Positions 40,414 to 51,470 of a DNA stretch of 64,000 nt are shown piece by piece (the stretch's first letter is position 1; every line of letters begins with the position of its first letter). This DNA is from Betaproteobacteria bacterium (GTDB lineage Bacteria > Pseudomonadota > Gammaproteobacteria > Burkholderiales > SG8-41), in contig JBKDUF010000048.1 of the NCBI GenBank assembly GCA_046339595.1, forward strand, positions 4,351-68,350, in the 5' to 3' direction. Position numbers and translations under genes: made by a program. Below the pieces are notes generated by a model that was given only the letters and a program-made list of their open reading frames with translations, was not told where the DNA came from and did no database searches.

Positions 40414-41589
40414 ATGGACATCGAACTGTGGTGGCTGCTGGCGTTGCCGCTGTTTTTCGCGCTGGGCTGGCTGGCCGCGCGCGTTGACATCCGCCAGCTG
40501 GTGTCCGAGTCGCGCCTGTTGCCGGCCTCCTACTTCAAGGGGCTCAATTTCCTGCTCAACGAGCAGCCCGACAAGGCGATCGAGGCCTTCATCGAGGTTG
40601 CTCGCGTCAACCCGCAGACCATCGAGCTGCATTTCGCCCTGGGCAGCCTGTTCCGCCGCCGTGGCGAGGTCGAGCGCGCCATCCGCATGCACCAGAACCT
40701 TGCCGAGCGCGAGGACCTTGCCCAGGAACAGAAGCTGCAGGCGGTGCTCGAGCTGGCGCAGGATTACCTGAAGGCGGGGCTGCTCGACCGCGCCGAAGAA
40801 CTGTTCCTGCGGCTGGACGGCAGCGCGCATGCCGAGGCCGCCGCGCGTTTCCTGCTCGAGATCTACGAGCAGGAACGGGACTGGCACAAGGCGATCGGCA
40901 CCGCGGAGCGTCTCGAATCGCTGACCGGCCGTTCCTACCAGAAGGAAATTGCCAATTTCGGCTGCGAGCTGGCGGCGCGTGAACTGATGCAGTCGCGACC
41001 AGCCGAGGCGCGGCCGCACCTCTCCGCGGCGCTGGGCCACCACCGGTTGTGCGTGCGCGCCAACATCCTGCTCGGCGACCTGGAGCGCGGCCTTGGCAAC
41101 AGCGCGGCGGCGATCGCCACATGGCAGCGCATCGAATCACAGAGCCCGGCCTATCTGTCGCTGGTTGCCGAGCGCCTGCTCAACGCCTACCGCGACGAAG
41201 GCAGGGCGGAAGAGGGGCTGAACCTGCTGCGCGGCTACCTCGAAAAATATCCCTCGCTGGACCTTCTCGCCATGGTGTATCGCGAGACGCTGGCCTCGGG
41301 CGGCGCTGCGGCCGCCTACCGGCTGGTGCGCGACGAAGTGCGGCGCACGCCGACGCTGCTCGGTCTGGACAAGCTGCTCGAGGCGCAGCTGCTCGAGGCG
41401 CCGCCGGAAAAGCAGCACGACCTGCAGCTGATCAAGCAGCTGATCCACCAGCACACGCGCAGCCTTGCCATGTATAAATGCGAGCACTGCGGATTTCGCG
41501 CGCGGCAGTTCTACTGGCATTGTCCGGCCTGCGGCGAATGGGAAACCTACGCCCCCAAACGTACTGAAGAGAAAGGCATCCCGGCATGA
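40414..41589 (+). CDS. lapB: lipopolysaccharide assembly protein B (LapB/YciM)
   Basis: N-terminal TM, TPR repeats and a C-terminal rubredoxin-like motif YKCEHCGF...WHCPACGEW. Confidence 0.9.
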   Translation: MDIELWWLLALPLFFALGWLAARVDIRQLVSESRLLPASYFKGLNFLLNEQPDKAIEAFIEVARVNPQTIELHFALGSLFRRRGEVERAIRMHQNLAEREDLAQEQKLQAVLELAQDYLKAGLLDRAEELFLRLDGSAHAEAAARFLLEIYEQERDWHKAIGTAERLESLTGRSYQKEIANFGCELAARELMQSRPAEARPHLSAALGHHRLCVRANILLGDLERGLGNSAAAIATWQRIESQSPAYLSLVAERLLNAYRDEGRAEEGLNLLRGYLEKYPSLDLLAMVYRETLASGGAAAAYRLVRDEVRRTPTLLGLDKLLEAQLLEAPPEKQHDLQLIKQLIHQHTRSLAMYKCEHCGFRARQFYWHCPACGEWETYAPKRTEEKGIPA

Positions 41590-42302
41590 GCGGCAATGCG
41601 GCCCCGCTTCACAACCCGCGCGTGATTGTTGCGCTGGATTACGCCAGCGCGGAACCGGCGCTGGCGCTGGCGGCACGGCTGGATCCGAAGGCCTGCCGCG
41701 TCAAGGTCGGCAAGGAGCTGTTCACCGTTGCAGGGCCTTCGCTGGTGACGCAGCTAGCTGCGCGGGGTTTTGACGTGTTTCTCGATCTCAAATACCACGA
41801 CATCCCGAACACCGTGGCTGCGGCCTGCAAGGCGGCGGCAGGCCTGGGCGCCTGGATGATCAATGTCCACGCCAGCGGCGGCAGCGCGATGATGCGCGCG
41901 GCACGCGAAGCGCTGGCCGTCACGTCGAAGCCGCCGCTGCTGATCGCGGTGACCGTGCTCACCAGCATGGGTGATGAAGACCTGCGCGAGATCGGTCAGC
42001 GGGAATCGGCGCCGCAGCTGGTGGAACGCCTGGCCCGCCTGACACAGGCGAGCGGTCTCGACGGCGTGGTGTGTTCGGCCCAGGAAGCGGCGCTGCTGCG
42101 CAAGGCCTGTGGCGCGGAGTTCAAGCTGGTCACTCCGGGCATCCGCCTCGCCGATGCCGGCAAGGATGACCAGAAACGCATCGTCACGCCGGCGGCGGCC
42201 GTGGCGGCGGGCGCGGATTACCTGGTGGTGGGGCGGCCGATCACCCAGGCGGCCGATCCGCTGGCGGCGCTGGCGCGGATCAATGCGGAAATCGGGGCTT
42301 GA
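41586..42302 (+). CDS. pyrF: orotidine 5'-phosphate decarboxylase
   Basis: Carries [26 protein letters not shown] and VVGRPI motifs. Confidence 0.95.
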   Translation: MSGNAAPLHNPRVIVALDYASAEPALALAARLDPKACRVKVGKELFTVAGPSLVTQLAARGFDVFLDLKYHDIPNTVAAACKAAAGLGAWMINVHASGGSAMMRAAREALAVTSKPPLLIAVTVLTSMGDEDLREIGQRESAPQLVERLARLTQASGLDGVVCSAQEAALLRKACGAEFKLVTPGIRLADAGKDDQKRIVTPAAAVAAGADYLVVGRPITQAADPLAALARINAEIGA

Positions 42303-42316
42303 GATCATCACGCGCC

Positions 42317-43291
42317 ATGAAAAATAAAACAATAAAAACAAATACTTATAAACTTCCGTCGGCGGTGCGCAGGGCGCGCGTGCTGGTGGTTGGCGACGTC
42401 ATGCTCGATCGCTACTGGTTCGGCGAGGTGAGCCGCATTTCACCGGAAGCGCCGGTGCCGATTGTCAAAGTCGACCGCATCGAGGAACGCCCGGGCGGCG
42501 CCGCCAATGTCGCACGCAATGTTTCTGCACTGGGTGCTAAGGCCGCGCTGCTGTCGGTGGTCGGGCGGGATGAAGCCGGGCGCTGCCTGAAGCAGCTGCT
42601 GCAGCAGGAGAAGGTGGCGACCAGCCTGCACACCGACGCTACGATCTCGACCACGGTCAAGCTGCGCGTGATCGGCCGCCAGCAGCAGCTGCTGCGCGCG
42701 GATTTCGAAACCCTGCCCAGCCATGAGGTGCTGGCTTCCAAGCTCAAGGACTACCAGCGTCTGCTGAAGAATGCGGACGTCGTGATCCTGTCCGATTACG
42801 GCAAGGGCGGCCTCGCACACATCGCGAAAATGATCGCGGCCGCGCGCAGCCTTGGCGTGCCGGTGCTGGTCGATCCCAAAGGGGAGGATTATTCGCGTTA
42901 CCGGGGTGCGACGCTGGTCACGCCGAACCGCGCCGAACTGCGCGCCGTTACCGGCGGCTGGACTTCCGAGCGCATGCTCGAAGCCAAGGCCCAGGCGCTG
43001 CGCCAGCGCCTCGGGCTCGGCGGCCTGCTGGTGACGCGCAGCGAAGAAGGGATGACGCTGTACCGCAAGGGCGGCAAGCGCCATGAGCCGGCACAGGCGC
43101 GCGAGGTCTATGACGTCAGCGGCGCTGGCGACACGGTGATCGCCACCATCGGCGTGATGCTGGCTGCAGGGGAGAGCATGGACAGCGCGATCCGCATCGC
43201 CAACCGTGCCGCCGGCATTGTCGTCGGCAAGTTCGGCACGGCGGTGGTGTACCCGCAGGAACTGTTCGCGGCGGCGGAGGGACAATCATGA
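42317..43291 (+). CDS. hldA: D-glycero-beta-D-manno-heptose-7-phosphate kinase (RfaE domain I)
   Basis: [17 protein letters not shown], plus a PfkB-type C-terminus ([11 protein letters not shown]). The start is uncertain: ATG 42317 translates the AT-rich motif ([12 protein letters not shown]), and GTG 42365 is an alternative. Confidence 0.8.
   Translation: MKNKTIKTNTYKLPSAVRRARVLVVGDVMLDRYWFGEVSRISPEAPVPIVKVDRIEERPGGAANVARNVSALGAKAALLSVVGRDEAGRCLKQLLQQEKVATSLHTDATISTTVKLRVIGRQQQLLRADFETLPSHEVLASKLKDYQRLLKNADVVILSDYGKGGLAHIAKMIAAARSLGVPVLVDPKGEDYSRYRGATLVTPNRAELRAVTGGWTSERMLEAKAQALRQRLGLGGLLVTRSEEGMTLYRKGGKRHEPAQAREVYDVSGAGDTVIATIGVMLAAGESMDSAIRIANRAAGIVVGKFGTAVVYPQELFAAAEGQS
42330..42349 (+). 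repeat. AT-rich motif, copy D (CAATAAAAACAAATACTTAT)
   Basis: Exact match to copy A. It lies between the pyrF stop and the conserved part of hldA, inside the ATG-42317 N-terminal extension. Confidence 0.8.
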
Positions 43292-44286
43292 TGCATGTGG
43301 TCACCGGAGCGGCCGGATTCATCGGCGCCAACATCGTCCGCGGCCTGAATGCCATGGGTGTGGACCAGATACTGGCGGTGGACGACCTGACCCAGGGCGA
43401 CAAGTTCCGCAACCTGGTGGACTGCCGCATCGCGGACTACCTGGACAAGGACGAGTTTCTCTCGCGGCTGCGCAGCGGCGCCTTCCACGGCAGGATCAGG
43501 GCGCTGTTCCACCAGGGCGCCTGTTCAGACACGACGGCCAGCGACGGCCGCTACGTGATGGAGGTGAACTATGCCTACTCCTGCGCGCTGCTCGAATTCT
43601 GCCTTGCCGAACAGGTGCCGCTGATCTACGCATCGTCGGCGGCGACCTATGGCGCTTCGACCGAATTTCGCGAAGAGCCGGCCTGCGAGGGCCCGCTCAA
43701 TGTCTACGGCTGGTCCAAGCTGCTGTTCGACCAGCGCGTGCGGCGCCTGCCGCCGGGCGGCTCGCAGGTGGTGGGGCTGCGGTATTTCAACGTCTACGGT
43801 GACCGTGAGCAGCACAAGGGGCGCATGGCCTCTGTGGCCTGGCACTTTTTCAACCAGTTCCGTGCCGAGGGTCATGTGCGGCTGTTTGAGGGCAGCGGCG
43901 GCTACGGTGATGGCGAACAGCGCCGCGACTTCATCTCGGTCGAGGATGTCGTCAGGGTCAACCTGCACTTCCTGCGCAATCCGGACTGTTCCGGCATTTT
44001 CAACTGCGGAAGCGGCAAGGCGCAGGCCTTCAACGACGTGGCGGTGGCGGTGATCAACACGCTGCGCGGTAACGAAGGCCGGCCGGCGCTGTCGCTGGCC
44101 GAACTCCAGCAGCAGCAGCTGATCCGCTACATTCCGTTTCCCGGCGACCTGCGCGGCAAATACCAGAGCTACACCCAGGCCGACCTCGGTGCCCTGCGCG
44201 CCGCCGGCTATGGCGAACCCTTCCTGACGGTGGAGCAGGGCGTGTCGCGGTATGTGGCTCAACTGCTGGCGCGGGCAGCCGTCTGA
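43288..44286 (+). CDS. hldD: ADP-L-glycero-D-manno-heptose 6-epimerase
   Basis: [13 protein letters not shown] Rossmann motif, SSAATYG, and YGWSKLLFD (YxxxK). Confidence 0.9.
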   Translation: MMHVVTGAAGFIGANIVRGLNAMGVDQILAVDDLTQGDKFRNLVDCRIADYLDKDEFLSRLRSGAFHGRIRALFHQGACSDTTASDGRYVMEVNYAYSCALLEFCLAEQVPLIYASSAATYGASTEFREEPACEGPLNVYGWSKLLFDQRVRRLPPGGSQVVGLRYFNVYGDREQHKGRMASVAWHFFNQFRAEGHVRLFEGSGGYGDGEQRRDFISVEDVVRVNLHFLRNPDCSGIFNCGSGKAQAFNDVAVAVINTLRGNEGRPALSLAELQQQQLIRYIPFPGDLRGKYQSYTQADLGALRAAGYGEPFLTVEQGVSRYVAQLLARAAV

Positions 44287-44288
44287 GC

Positions 44289-45182
44289 ATGGCCAGGGCC
44301 TACCAGGGTCTCGATGCCTGTATCGGCAACACGCCGCTGGTGCGCCTGCAGCGCATTCCGGGTGCCACCTCGAATGTCATCCTTGCCAAGCTCGAGGGCA
44401 ACAACCCGGCCGGCTCGGTGAAAGACCGTCCGGCGCTGTCGATGATCCGCCGCGCGCAGGAGCGCGGCACGATCAAGCCCGGCGACACCCTGATCGAACC
44501 GACCAGCGGCAACACCGGCATCGGCCTTGCCATGGCAGCGGCGATCCTCGGCTACCGCATGGTGCTGATCATGCCGGAAAACCAGTCGCTGGAGCGCCAG
44601 CAGACCATGCGCGCCTTCGGCGCTGAGCTGATCCTGACGCCGAAGGAAGTGAGCATGGAGGGCGCGCGCGACCTCGCCGAGCGCATGGTGCGAGAAGGCA
44701 AGGGCGTCATGCTCGACCAGTTCGCCAATGCCGACAATCCGCTGGCGCATTACGAAGGCACCGGACCGGAAATCTGGCGTGACACCGAAGGCCGGGTCAC
44801 GCATTTCGTCTCCAGCATGGGCACCACCGGCACCATCATGGGCGTCTCGCGCCATCTCAAGGAGAAAAATCCGCGGGTGCAGATCGTCGGCTGCCAGCCG
44901 GCCGCCGGTTCGCAGATTCCGGGGATTCGCAAGTGGCCCCAGGACTATGTGCCCCGGATCTGCGACTGGCAGCGCGTGGACCGCGTGGTCGAAGTCGCGC
45001 AATCCGATGCCGAAGCCATGATGCGGCGCCTGGCACGCGAGGAAGGCATCTTCGCCGGAGTGTCTTCCGGCGGCGCGCTGTGGGCTGCACTGCAGGTTTC
45101 CTCGCAGGTGCAGGATGCGGTGATTGTGTTCATCGTCTGCGATCGTGGCGATCGCTACCTCTCTACTGGCGTTTTCGCGTAA
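44289..45182 (+). CDS. cysM: cysteine synthase B
   Basis: IGNTPLVRL, NPAGSVKDRPA (PLP-Lys) and TSGNTGI motifs; 297 aa. Confidence 0.9.
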   Translation: MARAYQGLDACIGNTPLVRLQRIPGATSNVILAKLEGNNPAGSVKDRPALSMIRRAQERGTIKPGDTLIEPTSGNTGIGLAMAAAILGYRMVLIMPENQSLERQQTMRAFGAELILTPKEVSMEGARDLAERMVREGKGVMLDQFANADNPLAHYEGTGPEIWRDTEGRVTHFVSSMGTTGTIMGVSRHLKEKNPRVQIVGCQPAAGSQIPGIRKWPQDYVPRICDWQRVDRVVEVAQSDAEAMMRRLAREEGIFAGVSSGGALWAALQVSSQVQDAVIVFIVCDRGDRYLSTGVFA

Positions 45183-45197
45183 TCGCGCCAAATGATA

Positions 45198-45217
45198 ATA
45201 AATATTTGTTTTTAAAG
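45198..45217 (-). repeat. AT-rich intergenic motif, copy E (reverse orientation, diverged)
   Basis: The minus strand reads CTTTAAAAACAAATATTTAT, 17/20 to copy A. It ends 8 nt before the GTG start at 45226. Confidence 0.6.
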
Positions 45218-45225
45218 GATAATTT

Positions 45226-46002
45226 GTGTCGCCTGTGCTGGTATTCGATATCGAGACCGTGCCTGATGTGGCGGGCCTGCGCAAACTGCATGGCCTTGAC
45301 GGCAAGCTGTCCGATGCCGAGGTCGCGGAACATGCCTTCCAGCTGCGCCGGCAGAGCCACGGCAGCGATTTCCTGCCGCATTACCTGCAGCGTGTGGTCG
45401 TCATCTCCTGCGCGCTGCACGACCGCGACAGCTTCAAGGTCTGGTCGCTGGGTGCGGACGGCGAATCCGAGGGTGAGATCATCCAGCGTTTTTTCGACGG
45501 CATTGAAAAATACACGCCGCAGATCGTGTCCTGGAACGGCGGCGGCTTCGACCTGCCGGTACTGCATTACCGCGGACTGATCCACGGCGTGAGGGCGGCG
45601 CGCTACTGGGACCAGGGCGAGGACGACCGCGACTTCAAGTGGAACAACTACATCAGCCGCTATCACCAGCGCCACCTGGACCTGATGGATCTGCTGGCGA
45701 TGTCCCAGGGGCGCGCCAACGCGCCGCTGGATGCGCTGGCGCAGCTGATGGGGCTGCCCGGCAAGCTGGGCATGGACGGTTCCGCGGTGTGGGGCGCCTA
45801 CCGGGACGGCAAGCTGGAAGACATCTGGCGCTATTGCGAGACCGACGTGGTCAATACCTATCTCGTCTATCTGCGGTTCCAGCAGATGCGCGGCGTGCTG
45901 ACGCCGCAGCAGCATGAGCATCAGGTTGCGGCAGTGCGTGCTGCGCTCGACAAGCTGAAGCAGCCCCACTGGCAGGAGTTCCTGTCGCGCTGGACTGCGT
46001 GA
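45226..46002 (+). CDS. predicted 3'-5' exonuclease (PolB-exonuclease-like, RNase H fold)
   Basis: The N-terminus VLVFDIETVPD carries an Exo I DxE motif, followed by SWNGGGFDLPVL and CETDVVNTYLVYLRF. This resembles the COG3298 family as I recall it. Confidence 0.7.
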   Translation: MSPVLVFDIETVPDVAGLRKLHGLDGKLSDAEVAEHAFQLRRQSHGSDFLPHYLQRVVVISCALHDRDSFKVWSLGADGESEGEIIQRFFDGIEKYTPQIVSWNGGGFDLPVLHYRGLIHGVRAARYWDQGEDDRDFKWNNYISRYHQRHLDLMDLLAMSQGRANAPLDALAQLMGLPGKLGMDGSAVWGAYRDGKLEDIWRYCETDVVNTYLVYLRFQQMRGVLTPQQHEHQVAAVRAALDKLKQPHWQEFLSRWTA

Positions 46003-46062
46003 TGGTCAGGAATGACTGTTGCCGTCGCGTCGCTGCCCTGCGGCGGCTGCGCAGGCACTGAC

Positions 46063-47394
46063 ATGGGCCGCAGCAACACCCCGCGGACGACCATGGCCGG
46101 TCCGCTGCAGATCGAATCCCTGGACCACGAGGGCAAGGGCATTGCCCGCCATGACGGCAAGGTGATGTTCATCGAGAACGCGCTGCCGGGCGAAACGGTT
46201 GAGGCTGCGATCTACCGCCGCAAGCCGGCCTTCGAGCAGGGCTATGCGACGCGGATCCTCAGGGAAAGTGTTGCGCGCACCGATCCGGGCTGCGATTTTT
46301 TCGGGCTGTGCGGCGGCTGCAGCCTGCAGCACATGGACCTGCGCACCCAGGTCGCGGCGAAACAGCGCGTGCTCGAGGACAACCTGCGCCACATCGGCAA
46401 GGTACAGCCAGAGCAGATCCTGCCGGCGATACATGGCCCCGACTGGGGCTACCGGCACCGCGCGCGGCTGACCGTACGTAACGTGATCAAGAAGGGCACG
46501 GTGCTGGTCGGCTTCCATGAAAAGCGCAGCAGCTATGTTGCCGACATGACCGCCTGCGAAGTGCTGCCGCGGCGACTTTCACTGCTGCTGCCGCGGCTGC
46601 GTGAACTGGTCGGCAGCCTGAGCATCCGCGACCGCCTGCCACAGATCGAAGTGGCACTGGCCGAGGACCAGGACGTACTGGTGCTGCGCATCCTGGAGGC
46701 GCTGACCGCGACGGATGAGCAGAAGCTGCGCGCCTTCGCCGACCAGCATCAGGTATCGATCTGGCTGCAGCCCTCGGGGCCGGAGACCGCGCATCCCTTC
46801 CATCCGGCTGGCGCAGACACCCTGCATTACACGCTGCCGGAGTTCGGCGTGAAGGTGGCGTTCAAGCCGACCGATTTCACCCAGGTCAACCATGCCATCA
46901 ACCGCGTGCTGGTGCGCCGCGCGCTGGGCCTGCTCGATCCGCAGCCGGGTGAGCGCATCGCGGATCTCTTTTGCGGGCTGGGCAATTTCACGCTGCCGAT
47001 CGCACGCAGCGGGGCGATGGTCACCGGCATCGAGGGCAATGCCGGACTGATCCGCCGCGCCTGCGAGAACGCGCGGCTCAACGGCCTTGCCGCGAACACG
47101 CGGTTTTTCACGATGGACCTGTTCAAGATCGACGCCGAGCAGTGGCGGGCGCTGGGCCCCTTCGACAAGCTGCTGATCGATCCGCCGCGCGACGGTGCGA
47201 TGGAACTGGTCAAGCAGATCGGCAACGACGGTCTGAGGCGGATTGTCTACGTGTCGTGCAATCCAGCGACCCTGGCACGGGATGCCGAGGTGCTGGTGGC
47301 GGTGCATGGTTACCGGCTCATGGCGGCGGGCATCGTCAACATGTTCCCGCACACCGCCCATGTCGAGTCGGTGGCGCTATTCGAGAAGCACTAA
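46063..47394 (+). CDS. rlmD: 23S rRNA (uracil1939-C5)-methyltransferase
   Basis: TRAM-like N-terminus ([28 protein letters not shown]), an Fe-S Cys cluster ([14 protein letters not shown]), [12 protein letters not shown] and [11 protein letters not shown]. The start could be 46063 or 46093. Confidence 0.85.
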   Translation: MGRSNTPRTTMAGPLQIESLDHEGKGIARHDGKVMFIENALPGETVEAAIYRRKPAFEQGYATRILRESVARTDPGCDFFGLCGGCSLQHMDLRTQVAAKQRVLEDNLRHIGKVQPEQILPAIHGPDWGYRHRARLTVRNVIKKGTVLVGFHEKRSSYVADMTACEVLPRRLSLLLPRLRELVGSLSIRDRLPQIEVALAEDQDVLVLRILEALTATDEQKLRAFADQHQVSIWLQPSGPETAHPFHPAGADTLHYTLPEFGVKVAFKPTDFTQVNHAINRVLVRRALGLLDPQPGERIADLFCGLGNFTLPIARSGAMVTGIEGNAGLIRRACENARLNGLAANTRFFTMDLFKIDAEQWRALGPFDKLLIDPPRDGAMELVKQIGNDGLRRIVYVSCNPATLARDAEVLVAVHGYRLMAAGIVNMFPHTAHVESVALFEKH

Positions 47395-47413
47395 ACGGAG
47401 CCGGAGGGACAAC

Positions 47414-47442
47414 AAAAAAGCGGCCCGCAGGCCGCTTTTTTG
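47414..47442. terminator. bidirectional rho-independent terminator (rlmD / BI-1 gene)
   Basis: A6-AGCGGCC-CGCA-GGCCGCT-T6, lying between convergent genes. Confidence 0.8.
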
Positions 47443-47458
47443 TTGCTTGGCGCCAGGC

Positions 47459-48160
47459 TTACTCGCGGTCGCCGGTCAATCCCAGGATCTGCAGCAGGCT
47501 GCTGAAGATGTTGTAGATGGCCACATACAGCGAGAGCGTTGCCGACACGTAGTTCGTTTCTCCGCCGCGGACAATGGCATTGATCTGCCAGAGGATCACC
47601 GCGGAGGAGAAGATGATGAAGGCGCCGCACAGCACCAACTGCACCAGCGGGCTCTGCATGAAGATCTGCGCCACCACACCCAGCATGATCACCACGAAGC
47701 CGACCAGCAGGAACTTGTTGAGGAAGCTGAAGTCCCGCTTGGCGGTTGCGGCGATGCCGGAGAGCACGAAGAACACGGCCGCAGTGCCGCCGGCAGCCAT
47801 CATCACCATCTGTCCGCCATTGCGCATCGACAGGATGGTTTGGAGCAGCGGCGCCAGCATCAGGCCCATAAACGCGGTGAAACCGAGCAGCAGCACCACG
47901 CCAAGGCCGCTATTGCGGTTTTTCTCGATCATGAAAATCCAGCCGTAGAACGCCGCGAGCATGATGACGACCGACAGGATCGGGCTCGAGCGCATGAAGC
48001 TGAAGTTGATGAAATTGGTGCCGATGGCCGCGCCAAGCACGGTCGGAATGAGCGAAACAGCCAGCAGCAGGTAGGTGTTGCGCAACACCTTGTTCTGCTG
48101 GGCGGCAATGTCGGCAGAGCCGGCCGAGTAAACGGTTTCAGTGCGCAGTTCGGGTTGCAT
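47459..48160 (-). CDS. Bax inhibitor-1/YccA family membrane protein
   Basis: 233 aa with 7 TM segments. Has NTYLLLAVSLIPT near the N-terminus and the C-terminal LYVAIYNIFSSLLQILG. Confidence 0.9.
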   Translation of the reverse strand: MQPELRTETVYSAGSADIAAQQNKVLRNTYLLLAVSLIPTVLGAAIGTNFINFSFMRSSPILSVVIMLAAFYGWIFMIEKNRNSGLGVVLLLGFTAFMGLMLAPLLQTILSMRNGGQMVMMAAGGTAAVFFVLSGIAATAKRDFSFLNKFLLVGFVVIMLGVVAQIFMQSPLVQLVLCGAFIIFSSAVILWQINAIVRGGETNYVSATLSLYVAIYNIFSSLLQILGLTGDRE

Positions 48161-48505
48161 GACGCAGGTCCTCCAAAGTTGACCAAATCAGTTCCCCCTA
48201 AGACTACTGAAGCACATCGAAAGTTGCAATGAAAACAGGGCTCCACAGCACCCGATGAGACTGAGGCAAGCCCTTGATTGAAAGTGATATTATGATTCGC
48301 AATGTTATGGATTAACCCCCAGATCGCGCATGGGCGTTTGCGGATGCGGATACAATGCCGCCGCTTTGCATGTGCACCCGATCCGGCTCTGGGCCGGTTT
48401 GGCGCGCGAAGTTGGCGCGCTGGCGAGGCTAACCGGCTGCAAGGCCGGTTAAGCGCCGCAGGCGTGGCCGGAGCCAAAACCGGCAGTTGGAACAGACAGA
48501 ACAAC

Positions 48506-48595
48506 GGAGAGTTGGCAGAGTGGTTGAATGCACCGGTCTTGAAAACCGGCAGGGCCTCGCGGTCCTCGTGAGTTCGAATCTCACACTCTCCGCCA
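48506..48595 (+). tRNA. tRNA-Ser (anticodon UGA)
   Basis: GGAGAGU/ACUCUCC acceptor stem, a long variable arm, a GGTTCGAATC-type T-arm (GAGTTCGAATCTC), anticodon loop CTTGAAA, and an encoded CCA. Confidence 0.95.
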
Positions 48596-48596
48596 T

Positions 48597-49046
48597 TCAG
48601 CGGTTCTGTCGCACCGCATCCGCCCAGCAATTCGGCGTTTCGTATAGCCGGAGCTGCTCCAGGCGCAGGTCGCTACCGTAACGACCCCGATAAAGCGGGT
48701 CGAGTATGGCAAATGCGGTCTGTGCCAGGTGCTCGGCAGTGGGGGGGGCATCGAACAGCACGGTCTTGTGCCCCTCCAGGCCGGACAGGAAGGCGGTGAC
48801 CTCGCTGTCGCCCCGCCAGGCCAGGAAGGCGTGATCCCAGGGCTCGACCACGTGCTTTGCAGCAATGGCCTTGACCTCGGAAAAATCCATCACCATGCCC
48901 TCGTCGGCTGCGCCGGTTGCGGCCACGACGGCGCCGCTCAGTGTGACTTCCAGGGCGTAGCGGTGCCCATGGAGGTGGCGGCACTGGCTGCCGTGGTTGG
49001 GAATGCGGTGGCCGGCGTCGAATTCCAGCCTGCGGGTGATTTTCAT
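48597..49046 (-). CDS. queD: 6-carboxy-5,6,7,8-tetrahydropterin synthase
   Basis: MKITRRLEFDAGHRIPNHGSQCRHLHGHRY... carries the PTPS/QueD His/Cys motifs. Confidence 0.9.
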   Translation of the reverse strand: MKITRRLEFDAGHRIPNHGSQCRHLHGHRYALEVTLSGAVVAATGAADEGMVMDFSEVKAIAAKHVVEPWDHAFLAWRGDSEVTAFLSGLEGHKTVLFDAPPTAEHLAQTAFAILDPLYRGRYGSDLRLEQLRLYETPNCWADAVRQNR

Positions 49047-49142
49047 GGGCCGCGATTATACCGCCAGGGTGCAGCCGACCTCGTTTTTCCCCTGAAAATC
49101 CAATAAAATACAGCCCTTTTTGGTCATGCATTTCCCAGCCCC

Positions 49143-50369
49143 ATGGCTTTGATTGTTCAGAAATACGGCGGCACTTCGGTCGGCAGTCCGGAGCGCATCA
49201 AGAACGTAGCCCGGCGCGTGGCGCGCTGGAAGTCCCAGGGCCATGACGTGGTGGTCGTGGTCTCGGCGATGTCGGGCGAGACCAACCGCCTGATCGCGCT
49301 GGCCAAGGAGATCCAGTCGCAGCCCGACCCGCGCGAACTCGACGTGATGGTCTCTACCGGTGAGCAGGTGACGATCGCACTGCTGGCCATGGCGCTGGCG
49401 GAAATCGGCGTGCCGGCCCTCAGCTATACCGGCGGCCAGGTGCGCATCCTGACCGACAGCGCCTATACCAAGGCGCGCATCCTCAGCATCGACGAGCACA
49501 ACATGCGTGCCGACCTCAAGGCCGGGCGTGTTGTGGTCGTGGCGGGCTTCCAGGGCGTTGACGAGGCGGGCAGCATCACCACGCTGGGCCGCGGCGGCTC
49601 TGACACCACCGGCGTGGCCCTTGCCGCGGCGCTGAAGGCCGACGAGTGCCAGATCTACACCGATGTGGATGGCGTTTACACCACCGATCCGCGCATCGTG
49701 CCCGAAGCCCGCCGCCTGAAGACCGTCACCTTCGAGGAAATGCTCGAAATGGCGAGCCTCGGCTCCAAGGTGCTGCAGATCCGCTCGGTCGAATTCGCCG
49801 GCAAATACAAAGTGCGCCTGCGCGTGCTCTCCAGCTTTGAGGACGAGGGCGAAGGCACGCTGATCACTTTCGAGGAAGACAAGGACATGGAAAAAGCCGT
49901 CATTTCCGGCATCGCGTTCAACCGCGACGAAGCCAAGATTACCGTGCTCGGCGTGCCCGACCGTCCCGGTATTGCCTACCAGATCCTAGGCCCGGTGGGC
50001 GAGGCCAACATCGACGTCGATATGATCGTGCAGAACGTCGGCCACGACGGCCTGACCGATTTTTCTTTCACGGTGCACCGCAATGATTACCAGAAGACCC
50101 TGAAGGTGCTGGAGCCGGTGCTCGAGCACACCAAGGCTCGCGGCATGCAGGGCGGGGACAAGATCGCCAAGGTATCGGTGGTCGGCGTCGGCATGCGCTC
50201 CCACGCCGTCATCGCCAGCACCATGTTCCGCACGCTGGCCGAGGAGTGCATCAAGATCGAGATGATCTCCTCTTCTGAAATCAAGATTTCCGTGGTGATC
50301 GACGAGAAATACACCGAACTCGCGGTTCGTGTGCTGCACAAGGCTTTCGGGCTTGATCAGCCAGTCTGA
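49143..50369 (+). CDS. lysC: aspartate kinase
   Basis: [19 protein letters not shown], with C-terminal ACT domains; 408 aa. Confidence 0.95.
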   Translation: MALIVQKYGGTSVGSPERIKNVARRVARWKSQGHDVVVVVSAMSGETNRLIALAKEIQSQPDPRELDVMVSTGEQVTIALLAMALAEIGVPALSYTGGQVRILTDSAYTKARILSIDEHNMRADLKAGRVVVVAGFQGVDEAGSITTLGRGGSDTTGVALAAALKADECQIYTDVDGVYTTDPRIVPEARRLKTVTFEEMLEMASLGSKVLQIRSVEFAGKYKVRLRVLSSFEDEGEGTLITFEEDKDMEKAVISGIAFNRDEAKITVLGVPDRPGIAYQILGPVGEANIDVDMIVQNVGHDGLTDFSFTVHRNDYQKTLKVLEPVLEHTKARGMQGGDKIAKVSVVGVGMRSHAVIASTMFRTLAEECIKIEMISSSEIKISVVIDEKYTELAVRVLHKAFGLDQPV

Positions 50370-50456
50370 CCGCCGGATTGGCGGGCAGGGGTGCTGTGGT
50401 AACCTTGACGCCAAAGCAGCAACAGTTTTTTGAAGTTTATGCCGCAAAAGAGTTCC

Positions 50457-50549
50457 GGAGAGATGGCCGAGTGGTCGAAGGCGCGCCCCTGCTAAGGGCG
50501 TATGGGGACAAAATCTCCATCGAGGGTTCGAATCCCTCTCTCTCCGCCA
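50457..50549 (+). tRNA. tRNA-Ser (anticodon GCU)
   Basis: GGAGAGA/UCUCUCC acceptor stem, anticodon loop CTGCTAA, a long variable arm, GGTTCGAATCC T-arm and CCA. Confidence 0.95.
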
Positions 50550-50686
50550 ATAATAAGTTCTAAGAAGTCCAGAGAAGTCCAAAAAAACCCATTACCTATC
50601 TGATAGATAACGGGTTTTTTGTTTTTTAACGTCTAGGGACGTGCTTTGACAGCCGTTACATATTGGGGGCATCCTTGGGGGCATCC

Positions 50687-50774
50687 GCCTGTAACACGAC
50701 GGGGCAATCTGCAAGACCCTGCAGATCGGCTCGACCCCGTAGGCATCCCGGTAGCGGTCTATGTAAGCCTTCAA
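50687..50774 (-). pseudogene. IS3-family transposase OrfB, 5' fragment only
   Basis: Reads [30 protein letters not shown] and then unrelated sequence. The DDE domain is absent. Confidence 0.7.
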
Positions 50775-51094
50775 GACTTGAGTCGGCGGTCGAGCTCCGC
50801 CTGGGCAAAAAACGCGCTGGCCGTCTTGAGGATCTCGTTGGCCCGACGCAGTTCCTTGACCTCGCGTTCCAATGCCTTGATGCGCTCTCGCTCGCTGGTG
50901 GTCAGACCATCACGCTGGCCGCTGTCGACCTCATCAAGCTTGACCCATTCCAGCAAGGTCTGGGGCACGCAGCCGATCTTGGGCGCAATGGATTCAACGG
51001 CAGCCCACAGAGATGGATACTCGCCCCGGTGCTCCTGCACCAGGCGCACCGCACGCTCACGGACCTCGGGGGAAAACTTGTTCGTCTTGTTCAT
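50771..51094 (-). CDS. IS3-family transposase OrfA (HTH)
   Basis: [52 protein letters not shown]..., followed by a leucine-zipper-like tail. Confidence 0.9.
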   Translation of the reverse strand: MNKTNKFSPEVRERAVRLVQEHRGEYPSLWAAVESIAPKIGCVPQTLLEWVKLDEVDSGQRDGLTTSERERIKALEREVKELRRANEILKTASAFFAQAELDRRLKS

Positions 51095-51144
51095 GGCTCC
51101 ATTCTCTCAAAGGTTGGAGCCTCCTCAATTCCCGGGGCGATTCA

Positions 51145-51335
51145 CGCCGGCACAACTTGCCCTCGCATGGCTGCTCCATCAAGGCAATGACATATTCCCC
51201 ATACCGGGGACTCGGAGAGTCTCTCGCGTTGACGAGAATGCGGGCGCATCAGAGCTTAGGCTCAGTGCGGAGCAGCTCATGTTGATCGATCAAGCTGCTC
51301 CTGCAGGAGTTGCCGAAGGGTCGACGCTTGTTTGA
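51145..51335 (+). pseudogene. aldo/keto reductase, C-terminal fragment truncated by the IS
   Basis: AQLALAWLLHQGNDIFPIPGTRRVSRVDENAGASELRLSAEQL is an AKR C-terminus. It begins exactly at the IS end. Confidence 0.7.
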
Positions 51336-51470
51336 TCTATACAAACGCTTTTTGTTTCAAAGCCATTGGTCGGGGTGATCGAAAAATTCGCCTTTTAGCG
51401 CCGTACCGAATAGCCAAGCAGTGAGTTGCTGCTGGTACCGATCAAAATCATGTTGGCTTCGTGGCAACCA

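Larger units (their letters stand above)
50687..51144 (-). mobile_element. truncated IS3-family insertion sequence (IRL + orfA + first ~30 codons of orfB)
   Basis: A TGAATCGCCCCGGG... terminal repeat-like end lies at 51144 on the minus strand. orfA is intact. The orfB homology (YGVEPICRVLQIAPS) stops at about 50687, next to a perfect tandem 12-mer TTGGGGGCATCC x2 (50663..50686). Confidence 0.75.

Noticed and set aside
48506-48595. tRNA with TGA in the anticodon loop as a possible stop-codon suppressor or tRNA-Sec, in view of the in-frame TGA and TAA codons.
   Set aside because: Anticodon 5'-UGA-3' reads the serine codon UCA, not UGA. The molecule has a normal 7-bp acceptor stem and a class II Ser variable arm. 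It is not a tRNA-Sec (UCA anticodon, 8/5 architecture).
49047-49142. Lysine riboswitch upstream of lysC, or a preQ1 riboswitch near queD.
   Set aside because: The divergent spacer is only about 95 nt. That is too short for an L-box, and no recognisable riboswitch core was seen.
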